From a virus (lineage: Duplodnaviria > Caudoviricetes), in IMG/VR virus record IMGVR_UViG_3300005573_000033, positions 1-30,105 of that record: a DNA stretch of 30,105 nt. The stretch is one strand, 5' to 3'. Position 1 is the first letter of the stretch. The number at the start of each line of letters is the position of its first letter. Under the pieces are notes generated by a model that saw only the letters and a program-made list of their open reading frames with translations, searched no databases and had not been told where the DNA came from. Shown here piece by piece: positions 6,591-15,168 of this stretch. The position numbers and the translations under genes were made by a program.

Positions 6591-7202
6591 GTGTCTCCTC
6601 GGTTACAGTTACGACAAAATATTATCAAACGTGTTGCAGAAGCACGTAGGCAAGGGGCGTCTGCTGCCACTTGTGCTGCTTATGCGGGTGTGTCGAATAA
6701 GACTTTGAACCGCTGGTTACATTACGGGGAGATGCTGACCGATTATCTAGAGCGAGGTGAGCTTCCTCCTCCCTCTGAGTATTCCTCTTGGTTTGCTGAT
6801 GCAACTATTATTCGTAGCAAGCTTGAGCGCGAGTTATCCGAAAATGGCCAACGTCTTACTCGTGCCCATAAACTATATGTCTCTTTATGGGATGCGTTTG
6901 TACAGTCAACTACGACTGTTGCGATGGAATGTCTTAATACATTACGGGATGCCCAATGTAAATCCCCCGACTGGGCACTGCGCGGATTGCGCATACTGTA
7001 CGGAGGGAGGGAGTATCTGGATGCACCCCTACAAGTACAGCAGGATATTCGTGCCCAAATATCTGGTACGGTCGCCATCAGTCTCGATGTTCGTGATGCT
7101 GCCGGTGTTATGGTGGGGTTGGTGGACCCGGTTACTGGTATGTGGCAGCTGAGTAATGAGACAAGTGGAACAACGGAGGTCAAGACAGATGCTAGTAGCT
7201 GA
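6591..7202 (+). CDS. terS: Terminase small subunit (N-terminal HTH)
   Basis: GGGAG RBS and GTG start; GASAATCAAYAGVSNKTLNRWLHYGE HTH; helical core and DWALRGL; directly upstream of terL. Confidence 0.8.
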   Translation: MSPRLQLRQNIIKRVAEARRQGASAATCAAYAGVSNKTLNRWLHYGEMLTDYLERGELPPPSEYSSWFADATIIRSKLERELSENGQRLTRAHKLYVSLWDAFVQSTTTVAMECLNTLRDAQCKSPDWALRGLRILYGGREYLDAPLQVQQDIRAQISGTVAISLDVRDAAGVMVGLVDPVTGMWQLSNETSGTTEVKTDASS

Positions 7203-8445
7203 TGTTGCTCCTCCGAATACCCTGCGCGTCCAATTGCCACCACTTCTGCCTGGCCAGCTTCGAGTAGCAGTGTCGCCGGCGCGGTATCGCATTGTGCAGT
7301 GCGGGCGACGCTGGGGGAAGACTACGTTGGCAGTAGTGACTGCTTGGGCGGAAATGCTGCGTGGGGGCGGGGTGATGTGGATAGCTCCTACTTTCAGCAA
7401 GGTGCTGATTGGCTGGCGGATGATGTTGCGGCTGGCGCGAGAGATGGGGGAGATGGTGCGTGTGAGAGCGGGGGAGATGCGCATTGAGTGCCCGCTCACT
7501 GGTGGATTTGTTGGAACCTCCTCGGCAGATAGCGGTACTGGTATTCGAGGTGAGGGGGCAACTCTCGCTGTCCTGGACGAGGCGGCGTATATTCGAGATT
7601 TGGGGCGTGTGCTGTTTGAGGAGACATTGCCCGCTCTGATGGAGCGGCGGGGGCGTGTGTTGTTGACCTCTACGCCATCACCTCGTCGAGGCGATCCGAC
7701 TCGTGGGGTATTCCGTGCACTATGTGCGCGCGCTAGTACTGATTCAGATTGGGGATTATTTCGCTACAAGTCTTATGAGGGGGCTGCAAGATTGGACGAC
7801 GCTGAGGCTCTGCGGCGGGTGATGCCGGAGGCTGTGTATCGGCGTGAGGTGTTGGGCGAGTTCGTGGATGATGAGACGGGGCTGTGGTCATGGGAGATGA
7901 TAGATGGGTATCGCGTGACTGCCGCTTCGTCGCTCCAGCGTATTGTTGTCGCAGTAGACCCCGCGGTGTCCTCAGGCGCTGACAGTGCCGAGACCGGTAT
8001 CATTATCGCGGGCATAGATGGGCAGCGTCCTCCGCATGCATATATCTTGGCCGACTCATCCTTGCGTGCAGACCCTCAGCACTGGCCCCAGCAGGTGGTG
8101 GCAGCATATCGGCAATATCGGGCCTCCTATGTGCTATACGAGGCCAATCAGGGCGGGGACCTGGTCAGGTACGCGATTCAACAGACTGATGCTAGTGTGC
8201 CGATGCGTGCAGTGACTGCAGCGCGAAATAAGCAGGCACGTGCTGAGCCGGTCGCGATGCTGTATGGTCAGGGGAGGGTACACCATGTCGGTATATTCTC
8301 TGACCTGGAGAGTCAAATGTGTTCGTGGACTCCTGACGATACATATAGCCCTGACCGTCTGGATGCTCTCGTCTGGGCAGTGACCGAGCTACTGTTACAG
8401 TCTGCTCAGGTAAGTGTGAGTATCGGGGGGCGGAGGGTGTTGTAA
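7189..8445 (+). CDS. terL: Terminase large subunit
   Basis: Walker A CGRRWGKT, IRGEG, Walker B VLDEAA, TSTP coupling motif; RNase H-like nuclease IVVAVDPA...ETGI...YEANQGG...SPDRLDALVWA; GGAGG RBS before ATG 7189. Confidence 0.97.
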   Translation: MLVADVAPPNTLRVQLPPLLPGQLRVAVSPARYRIVQCGRRWGKTTLAVVTAWAEMLRGGGVMWIAPTFSKVLIGWRMMLRLAREMGEMVRVRAGEMRIECPLTGGFVGTSSADSGTGIRGEGATLAVLDEAAYIRDLGRVLFEETLPALMERRGRVLLTSTPSPRRGDPTRGVFRALCARASTDSDWGLFRYKSYEGAARLDDAEALRRVMPEAVYRREVLGEFVDDETGLWSWEMIDGYRVTAASSLQRIVVAVDPAVSSGADSAETGIIIAGIDGQRPPHAYILADSSLRADPQHWPQQVVAAYRQYRASYVLYEANQGGDLVRYAIQQTDASVPMRAVTAARNKQARAEPVAMLYGQGRVHHVGIFSDLESQMCSWTPDDTYSPDRLDALVWAVTELLLQSAQVSVSIGGRRVL

Positions 8446-10517
8446 TGAGTAAACGCGAGAGACGCCGGCAGCGAGAGCAGATAGCGCGGATGGAGCATGA
8501 TGCGCAATTGCGACGTGCCATTACTGGTACCGTGGAGTCGGCACAGCCTCGTTTCGCTGAGCAATCGGTCGCTCAACTGTTTGGTGGCGTCATATCTTGG
8601 GCAGCCTCCTCGCTGCTCCGGGAACCATCTGAGCGGGCCTCTCGACGTGAGTGGGATGCCTTCTATCGCAGTATTGCTAGACAGGAACCGTTCCTGGCGA
8701 GTGTGCTGGCCGGGGCAGTCATGATCGACGCCAATCGCGAATGGACGCTCACTGGTGTGCGCTCTCAAGTGGTGCGCTATAGGCACATACTCCAGCAGGT
8801 GAGAGCGGAGAGCACTGCTGTGGGTATGCGTCCATTCGTGGAGTGGCTGGCGTCGTCATATTACACTACGCAGATGGGTTGGGTGGCTGAGGTGGGTAGT
8901 GAGGGGGAGGGAGGACCGCTGGCACAGTTATGGGCGGTGGACCCGTGTCGCTGTGAGCTGCTGGGCGGGGCCGCTGGTGAGCTAGCATATTATTCTATCG
9001 CCGGAGGCAAGCAGACATGGCTATATGGTCGCGATTATTTGCGTGCCTGTAGTCAGACTAGCACCGACGAGCGCCTGCTGGGGTATGGATGGCCAGCTGT
9101 TGCGCGCTGTTATGAGTTGGCCAAAATTATGCTGGGGGTGTATCATCATTATCTTGCGCGATTGGGCGCAGCCACCCCGGACGCTATTTTGTCACATAAC
9201 GCTATGACCGATGAGCAATGGCAGCAGGTGCTTCAGGCTCGTGAAACTATCCTGCGTGATAACTCCTCTTATCTCAACAGTATCATCGCCGTGGGCAATC
9301 CCGGTGGAGACCCTCCGCGCTTCGAGTTGACGACTCTCAGCTCCTTGCCGGATCGTTTCGATATAGAACAGTGGACATTGGTATTGTTGCGCGGCTATCA
9401 GGCTGCGTTTGGCTACGGGGCTGGGGAATTCTACCCCGAATCGTATGGGGTGATAGGGCGTGGCAAGGAACAGGAGCAGCAACATCGCAGCTCCACAGGC
9501 AAAGGTGGCAAGGACTTTAGTCTTAAATTTACAGAGCAACTTAATAGTCGTTTGCCTCGCACAGTATCGTTTGCTTTCGATGAGCGTGATGTGGCTGGTG
9601 AGCAAGAAGATGCTGAGTTGCGGCGTGTAAAAGCGGCAGCAATCGCTGAGATGGCAGGCTGGGCTGTAAAGGTTGGGGGTGTTGAGACTAGTGTGCTGAC
9701 ACGCGAGCAGATACTGCAGCTTGCTGCGCGTGACGGCGTGATACCGCCTGAATGGACGCCGGAGGATGAAACAGTCACTGTGTCGTCGGAAGATACCGAT
9801 ATTGCTGAACGCATTCAGCGTGTGGCGCCTGACGAGCCGGTGGTGCGTTACTACTCTCGCACTGATAGCCTGCGTGTCTTGTGTCTTGCCCGGCGCTGTT
9901 CCATCGGTGTATCAGGTTTGGCCGGTAAGCAGATACTGCCTGAAGTGCGTCGGTCAACGAATGGGTATGTGCGCTCCTATCGTGACCAGTTGCTGCGTGC
10001 GGTGTATGATGCATACAGGACGCACGATGCAGTGAGTCTGCGTCGCGCACATAGAGTGCTGGTGCGTAGTGTTGCTGACATGGTATTTCGCGAGGGGTTG
10101 CGCGAGGGGGGTGCTGACCCCGATGAGATGGATGATGACGATCGGCGCATAGTGAATGAGTGGGTTACCGAACAGCTTGCACACGTGAACGATTTCGCCA
10201 GCGATGTAATCGCTGCACATACTGATACTGAGCGTATTCGCATTTTGGCGCGCATCGAGATGTGGGCGGATGCCGTGCGCACGCTGGGAGGGAAGGGAGA
10301 GCTGAGTGCGAAAGGTAATGCTATGTATACATTCACCGGGCAAGATGGCGCGGATAGTTGTATGGATTGTCAGCGCTTGAAGGGGCAGCGCCATCGTGCC
10401 AAGTGGTGGTTAGTGCACAATCTAGTGCCCCATGCCGGCAACAGTAATTTTGAGTGCGGGGGCTGGCAATGTCAGCACTACCTGGTGAGCGATGATGGGC
10501 GTAGTTTGGAGGTGTGA
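8445..10517 (+). CDS. Portal protein fused to a C-terminal MuF/SPP1 gp7-like head morphogenesis domain
   Basis: Follows terL via TAATG overlap; portal-like LWAVDPCR, GYGWPAVARC; C-terminal DSCMDCQRLKGQ...FECGGWQCQH is the MuF-type Cys signature. Confidence 0.8.
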   Translation: MSKRERRRQREQIARMEHDAQLRRAITGTVESAQPRFAEQSVAQLFGGVISWAASSLLREPSERASRREWDAFYRSIARQEPFLASVLAGAVMIDANREWTLTGVRSQVVRYRHILQQVRAESTAVGMRPFVEWLASSYYTTQMGWVAEVGSEGEGGPLAQLWAVDPCRCELLGGAAGELAYYSIAGGKQTWLYGRDYLRACSQTSTDERLLGYGWPAVARCYELAKIMLGVYHHYLARLGAATPDAILSHNAMTDEQWQQVLQARETILRDNSSYLNSIIAVGNPGGDPPRFELTTLSSLPDRFDIEQWTLVLLRGYQAAFGYGAGEFYPESYGVIGRGKEQEQQHRSSTGKGGKDFSLKFTEQLNSRLPRTVSFAFDERDVAGEQEDAELRRVKAAAIAEMAGWAVKVGGVETSVLTREQILQLAARDGVIPPEWTPEDETVTVSSEDTDIAERIQRVAPDEPVVRYYSRTDSLRVLCLARRCSIGVSGLAGKQILPEVRRSTNGYVRSYRDQLLRAVYDAYRTHDAVSLRRAHRVLVRSVADMVFREGLREGGADPDEMDDDDRRIVNEWVTEQLAHVNDFASDVIAAHTDTERIRILARIEMWADAVRTLGGKGELSAKGNAMYTFTGQDGADSCMDCQRLKGQRHRAKWWLVHNLVPHAGNSNFECGGWQCQHYLVSDDGRSLEV

Positions 10518-10528
10518 GGGAGGTGGGT

Positions 10529-11821
10529 ATGCCGTATACGGAGACAGATTATCCTGATGTGATCGCTGCGCTACCCAAGGATGCACGTAGTATTTGGATC
10601 GCTGCTTACAATGCCGCTCTGGAGCAGTATGAGGATGAGGCGTTGGCTGCAGCGACTGCCTGGGCCGTCATTGAGAAGGTCGGGTACCGCAAGACTGCTG
10701 ATGGCCGTTGGACAAAGCAAGGTAGCATCCGGCAGACAATCCGACACTGGCTGATGCGAGACTCTGATGCGGATGAGAGCGAGTCGAGTGAAGAGATGAC
10801 GCGGGCGGGGGGCGGAGGCGTGATGGTGTTGCGCGATGCGGAGGGCCGTTATCGTTGGCTTGCCGTTGCGGCCAGTGCTGTCCGGAATCGTGTGGGAGAG
10901 ATTGACTCCACCGCACTGTATCAGGACTTTGTGCGACGCGCTCAGCAGCATGGGGCTTACCCCTTTCTGGACTTCGCGCATTGGGGTAAGTTGTTGGTGT
11001 TGGGGCGAGCTGATTGGTTGGCGGTGGACGATATGCTGTATCTGGCCAGTGGTACATTTGCAGATACTCCTATGGCCCGCGCAGCTGCTGAGACTTTGGT
11101 GCGTGATGGAGATAACTGGGGCACCAGTATCGCTTACGTCCCGGTGCATCATTATCTGGATGAAGAGATTGGGACGCGTGTATATGATCGCGGTGTGAAT
11201 GTGTACATATCTATAGTGCCACGTGATAGTGCAGCGAATTATTTCACGGCGTTGTTCGCGCAGTGCCAGAAGGGAGGTGACCTGGAGATGGATGAGAGAA
11301 TGTTGGAACAATTGCGTCAGTTGGTGGGAGATGAATTGGCTCAGCAATTCTCCGCGTTTGTTGGAGGCATCAAGCGAGCGGTGACTGATGCGGGGCTGAT
11401 TACGCGCGACACTGTCGCCGATGCTCCCGCGGTGGCCGAGGCTGGCGTAGTCGCACGTGACGATGCTGCGGTGTCTGCTGATGTGGGTACCGATGGAGGC
11501 GCCGTTGCCAATACACCGGAGGATGGCAGCGCTGCAGTGCTGCAGGCAGTGACTGAGCTGGGGCAGCGGATAGAGGCACTCGGTGCCGTCGTGTTGCAGA
11601 TCGCAGAGCGTCTGTCAGGGATAGAGCGTGCGGTTGTGGCACTTGCTGATGCTGCTACTCCGGATTCCGGCACGCAAGTCAGCGCTGAGCGTCGTCAGTT
11701 AGATGACGATAATACCGCTCCGGCGGTGACCTATCGTCCTCGTGTGCAGGGGGTGGCTGAGAATACTGCTCCGGACGCTCAGGAGATTGCTGCCTCCACG
11801 CTAGCAGTTTTACGTAGGTAA
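10529..11821 (+). CDS. ChaB-domain + prohead protease + scaffolding protein
   Basis: N-terminus MPY...LPKDARSIWIAAYNAALEQYEDEALAAATAWAVIEKVGYRK..DGRW is ChaB-like; middle NRVGEI...LDFAH...LGRAD...WGTSIAY is HK97-type protease-like (His/Ser); acidic Ala-rich coiled-coil C-terminus; precedes the capsid gene. Confidence 0.8.
   Translation: MPYTETDYPDVIAALPKDARSIWIAAYNAALEQYEDEALAAATAWAVIEKVGYRKTADGRWTKQGSIRQTIRHWLMRDSDADESESSEEMTRAGGGGVMVLRDAEGRYRWLAVAASAVRNRVGEIDSTALYQDFVRRAQQHGAYPFLDFAHWGKLLVLGRADWLAVDDMLYLASGTFADTPMARAAAETLVRDGDNWGTSIAYVPVHHYLDEEIGTRVYDRGVNVYISIVPRDSAANYFTALFAQCQKGGDLEMDERMLEQLRQLVGDELAQQFSAFVGGIKRAVTDAGLITRDTVADAPAVAEAGVVARDDAAVSADVGTDGGAVANTPEDGSAAVLQAVTELGQRIEALGAVVLQIAERLSGIERAVVALADAATPDSGTQVSAERRQLDDDNTAPAVTYRPRVQGVAENTAPDAQEIAASTLAVLRR
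11288..11821 (+). CDS. Nested in-frame scaffolding protein (177 aa)
   Basis: AAGGGAGGTGA RBS ends 7 nt before the in-frame ATG 11288 (MDERMLEQLRQLVG...). Confidence 0.6.
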   Translation: MDERMLEQLRQLVGDELAQQFSAFVGGIKRAVTDAGLITRDTVADAPAVAEAGVVARDDAAVSADVGTDGGAVANTPEDGSAAVLQAVTELGQRIEALGAVVLQIAERLSGIERAVVALADAATPDSGTQVSAERRQLDDDNTAPAVTYRPRVQGVAENTAPDAQEIAASTLAVLRR

Positions 11822-11836
11822 GAAGGGAGGAGTATC

Positions 11837-13186
11837 ATGAACAAAACAACGGTAGATTGGAACAAGGTGCCCGAAGTGTATCGGGATATACTCAAGCGTC
11901 GTTTATCAGTGAGCAGCTCTGCCACTGTGTACGGCTGCTGTGGGCTGCTGGATTTGTGCAATGACCAGGACCTGATGTCTCTGTCATTAATGGGTACATC
12001 TCCGCTCCTGGACTGGATCGGCTGGGAACCCAGTGATATGTGTACAATGCGCAAGTATTTTATTACGTGGGCCCGAGCTGCTGAAAATGGTGGTGCTGCG
12101 ACGCCTGGGTATTTGGCTGACCCATGTGCGGATGCTTATGGCGCTGAGTGGGGCGGTTGTGACTTCTTGCTGGACGGCTTTGGGCGATTGCGACGTGCGA
12201 CACCGGTGCGCGATGCTACGCGGGTAGGGCTGCGGTTCTGCGAAGCTCAGCCCCGGTATCGTCTGGATGGAACGCCCATCACTGATGACCTAGAGTATGA
12301 CATGCGCATTGCTACGGAGGCATTGATTCAGGATCTGAATCGCCTCATCATTACCGGCGCTCACACTAATGGCACTGATGACGGTTTATTCAATGGGTTG
12401 CAATCGCTGGTGACTTACGGGTATCAGGATACTCAGGGCCGGCGCTGCACAATGATGGATAGCATTGTCATTGACTGGAACCGTAACACCATCTGCGATG
12501 CTTTGACCGGTGAGCATGGTGCTACGTGGAATGGTACTAGTCTCCCAGCCGGAGTAACGCTCATTGATGTGCTGCGTCGCGCTCTCCAGCGCGTGCTCCA
12601 GCGCATTCGCTGGGCGGGTGCACTGAACATTAATCAGCAGAAGACTGGCGATATTGTGCTGGTGATGCCTAGTACGGCGATTTCCGATTTTTTGGATTGT
12701 TTCACTTGCTGGTCGGTGTGTGCTGAAAGTACAACTGCCACCTATGAGGCACGCACTTATCGAGACAGCCTGAATGGGGGTGCGTTTGGCGCGGGGCAGA
12801 TTACCCTCGACGGTGTTACCATTCCCATTTTGCCCCATGATTATGCGCTCATCAACTCCGCTACTAGCATTGATATGTATCTGCTAGTGCGCGCAGTAGG
12901 AGGTCAGCGTCTTATCACGGGGCAATACAATCCACTGAATCAGGCAGTAGCTGCCATCCCTAACTCGGCATACACCGACGGAGGTAGACTGTTGACCTGG
13001 ACTGAGCAGGATAATACTTGCGTGCGTCGTGTCGTGGAGATGCAGCCGCGGTTGCTGGTGTGGGCGCCGTGGGCACAGGTGCGTATCCAGGACGTGTACA
13101 GTGCGCCGGTCGGTGGCCATGTGTCTGCTGATGCTTGGACATCATTTTATCCTGAGACGTCCTTCAACGCAGTTACTTGTTCGTGA
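11837..13186 (+). CDS. Major capsid protein (HK97 fold likely), cysteine-rich
   Basis: GGGAGGAG RBS; 449 aa after the scaffold; QDLNRLIITG...FNGLQSL and C-terminal PRLLVWAPWAQVRIQDV match HK97-fold capsid patterns; 14 Cys. Confidence 0.85.
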   Translation: MNKTTVDWNKVPEVYRDILKRRLSVSSSATVYGCCGLLDLCNDQDLMSLSLMGTSPLLDWIGWEPSDMCTMRKYFITWARAAENGGAATPGYLADPCADAYGAEWGGCDFLLDGFGRLRRATPVRDATRVGLRFCEAQPRYRLDGTPITDDLEYDMRIATEALIQDLNRLIITGAHTNGTDDGLFNGLQSLVTYGYQDTQGRRCTMMDSIVIDWNRNTICDALTGEHGATWNGTSLPAGVTLIDVLRRALQRVLQRIRWAGALNINQQKTGDIVLVMPSTAISDFLDCFTCWSVCAESTTATYEARTYRDSLNGGAFGAGQITLDGVTIPILPHDYALINSATSIDMYLLVRAVGGQRLITGQYNPLNQAVAAIPNSAYTDGGRLLTWTEQDNTCVRRVVEMQPRLLVWAPWAQVRIQDVYSAPVGGHVSADAWTSFYPETSFNAVTCS

Positions 13187-13205
13187 GAAAATGATTTAGG
13201 GAGAA

Positions 13206-13236
13206 TTGGAGAGGGGATGATATTTCCCCTCTCCAA
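13206..13236 (+). terminator. Hairpin after the capsid gene (partial terminator or mRNA-stabilising stem)
   Basis: 12-bp perfect stem TTGGAGAGGGGA-tgatatt-TCCCCTCTCCAA; no U-tract. Confidence 0.65.
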
Positions 13237-13256
13237 GGAGTAGGGATATAGATACT

Positions 13257-14870
13257 ATGTGGACAGTGATAGTCCCTTACCGTAATGCTCCTGAGGAGCT
13301 GGTGCGGCTATTGGAGTCGTTGCCGCCGCGCTGGAGCGTGATTGTCGTTGATGACTGCAGCACCGAACGCATCCCCGACTGTGTGTCTCAGCGGCGCAGG
13401 ACTAGTGTACTCCGCTTGGCCGAGCGAGCATATTTCGCCGGGGCGGTGAATGCGGGCATCATGGCTTGTGTGGGGGATGTGCTAGTGCTCAATCAGGACG
13501 TTGTCATCACTGATGCCGATGCTCTCAGTGCTGCGGTACGCGAGTGGCAGCACGTGGGAGCCGCTATCGCAGGTAGCGCAGTGATGGGGCACCCATCATG
13601 GCCGGCGGGATATGTGCAGGGAGTATGTATGTACATGTCACGTCGGGCAATTGATCATATCGGGCTGCTTAATCAGGAGGAGTACCCCCTCTGGGGCTGT
13701 ACTGCCGAGTGGCAGCTTCGTGCTTGTCGTGCTGGCTGTACAGCGTTACCGGTGGCTGATGTGCCGGGGTTGGCGCATTCGCGCACAGGGCCCTATGGCA
13801 AGGCGATTACTCAGGCGCTTCAAGACGAGCCTCAGCGCAAGGCTGAGTTCTTGCGCACCCCGCCGGCTGTGTCAGTTATTGTGCCTTGTTACAATTATGG
13901 ACGCTATCTACCTGATGCGTTGGCGTCATTGCTGGGCGGAGAGAGTAGTCTGGGGTACTGCAGACCGCAGACGTTTTCGGATTTTGAGGTCATCGTGGTG
14001 GACGATTGTAGCACTGATGACAGTCGCTCAGTGATAGCGTCTCTGGTGTCGGAGCAGTGCGGGGTTCGCGCCGTATATCTGGACGAGAACGTCGGCACTG
14101 CCGGGGCTATCAATGCTGGTATCCGCGCGTCTCATGGCCGCTACGTTACTGTGCTATCTGCTGATGACATGATGGCGTCGCGACGATTAGGGACACTATA
14201 TCGCGTCGCGCAGCAACATCCTCACAGTATCATCTATGACGATGTACAAATATTCCGCAATGGTCAACTGGCCGAGGTGTGGCGGATGCCGGGATATGAC
14301 TATGATACATTGGTAGAGAGGAATCAAATGCATGCCGGTATTTTTTATTCGCGCCAAGCATGGGAGGATGTCGGCGGATATCCGGAGGTGATGCGTGATG
14401 GGCGCGAAGATTGGGCATTCAACGTGGGGGCGGGGTTGTTGGGATGGTGTGGGGTGCATGTGCGAGAGCCACTGTATTGGTACCGGCGCGAGGAACAAAA
14501 TAGATCGCTAACTAATACCACCCTTGAACATCACGCCACTTTTCGTGCACGCATTCAGGCATTATACCCTGCCGCATATCAAATTGAGGGGAGGACAGAG
14601 ATGTGTTGCGGTAAACGAGCTAGTGTTGCTTCAGTGAGGCGAGCGTCGGCTGCTGTAGCTGTTGATGATGAGCGAGTGCTGCTGCGTTATCTTGGCTCAC
14701 GTCCCACCACCAGGTATTTTACACGCACGTCTCCATCTACATCCTATGCTTATGGGGGCCGCATTAGGACAATATCGGTATTGCCACAGCATGTTGACGA
14801 GCTGCTGGCACTTACTACACGTGATGGGCAGCCGATGTTTGAGATCGTGAAGGAAGCAGCGAATGGCTAG
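13257..14870 (+). CDS. Tandem family-2 (GT-A) glycosyltransferase with a fused C-terminal small domain
   Basis: Domain 1 TVIVPYRN...VIVVDDCSTE...FAGAVNAG...LNQDV; domain 2 SVIVPCYNYGRYLPDALAS...EVIVVDDCSTDDS...GTAGAINAG...LSADD...VGGYPE...EDWAF...PLYWYRR. Confidence 0.92.
   Translation: MWTVIVPYRNAPEELVRLLESLPPRWSVIVVDDCSTERIPDCVSQRRRTSVLRLAERAYFAGAVNAGIMACVGDVLVLNQDVVITDADALSAAVREWQHVGAAIAGSAVMGHPSWPAGYVQGVCMYMSRRAIDHIGLLNQEEYPLWGCTAEWQLRACRAGCTALPVADVPGLAHSRTGPYGKAITQALQDEPQRKAEFLRTPPAVSVIVPCYNYGRYLPDALASLLGGESSLGYCRPQTFSDFEVIVVDDCSTDDSRSVIASLVSEQCGVRAVYLDENVGTAGAINAGIRASHGRYVTVLSADDMMASRRLGTLYRVAQQHPHSIIYDDVQIFRNGQLAEVWRMPGYDYDTLVERNQMHAGIFYSRQAWEDVGGYPEVMRDGREDWAFNVGAGLLGWCGVHVREPLYWYRREEQNRSLTNTTLEHHATFRARIQALYPAAYQIEGRTEMCCGKRASVASVRRASAAVAVDDERVLLRYLGSRPTTRYFTRTSPSTSYAYGGRIRTISVLPQHVDELLALTTRDGQPMFEIVKEAANG
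14601..14870 (+). CDS. Nested in-frame 89-aa protein starting MCCGKR (putative small virion/head-associated protein)
   Basis: GAGGGGAGG RBS 6 nt before the in-frame ATG 14601, just after the second GT domain ends. Confidence 0.6.
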   Translation: MCCGKRASVASVRRASAAVAVDDERVLLRYLGSRPTTRYFTRTSPSTSYAYGGRIRTISVLPQHVDELLALTTRDGQPMFEIVKEAANG

Positions 14871-15168
14871 AGATGGTTATTGGTTGCTGGTATTAGTAAT
14901 AGCATTGGCTGCTTACCGGCTGTCGGAGATGTTGACCTGGGACGATGGTCCCTGGGATGTGTTTGTGCGTTTGCGGCAGATGGCTGGAGCAGGCACCGGG
15001 CGCGCTACCTGGCTGGGCAGATTGCTGGAGTGTCCGTATTGCTCTAGTGTCTGGATTGCTGGCCTGTGGGCGTTCTGGTACTGTCCTACGTGGCCAGATG
15101 CTCTGCTGGTGGGGCTTGCTGCGAGTGGGGGAGCCGCTGCGCTGCTTACGGTCGTGGGGAGGCGATAA
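14863..15168 (+). CDS. DUF1360-like membrane protein with CPYC (CxxC) motif
   Basis: LAAYRLSEMLTWDDGPWDVFVRLR...LGRLLECPYCSSVW pattern typical of DUF1360; about 3 TM segments; AAGGA RBS. Confidence 0.8.
   Translation: MARDGYWLLVLVIALAAYRLSEMLTWDDGPWDVFVRLRQMAGAGTGRATWLGRLLECPYCSSVWIAGLWAFWYCPTWPDALLVGLAASGGAAALLTVVGRR

Noticed and set aside
13257-14870. Glycosyltransferase as a DNA-hypermodification or serotype-conversion gene
   Set aside because: No hydroxymethylase or nucleotide-metabolism genes, no TM helices or GtrA-like flippase, and late head-module location; disfavoured but not excluded.
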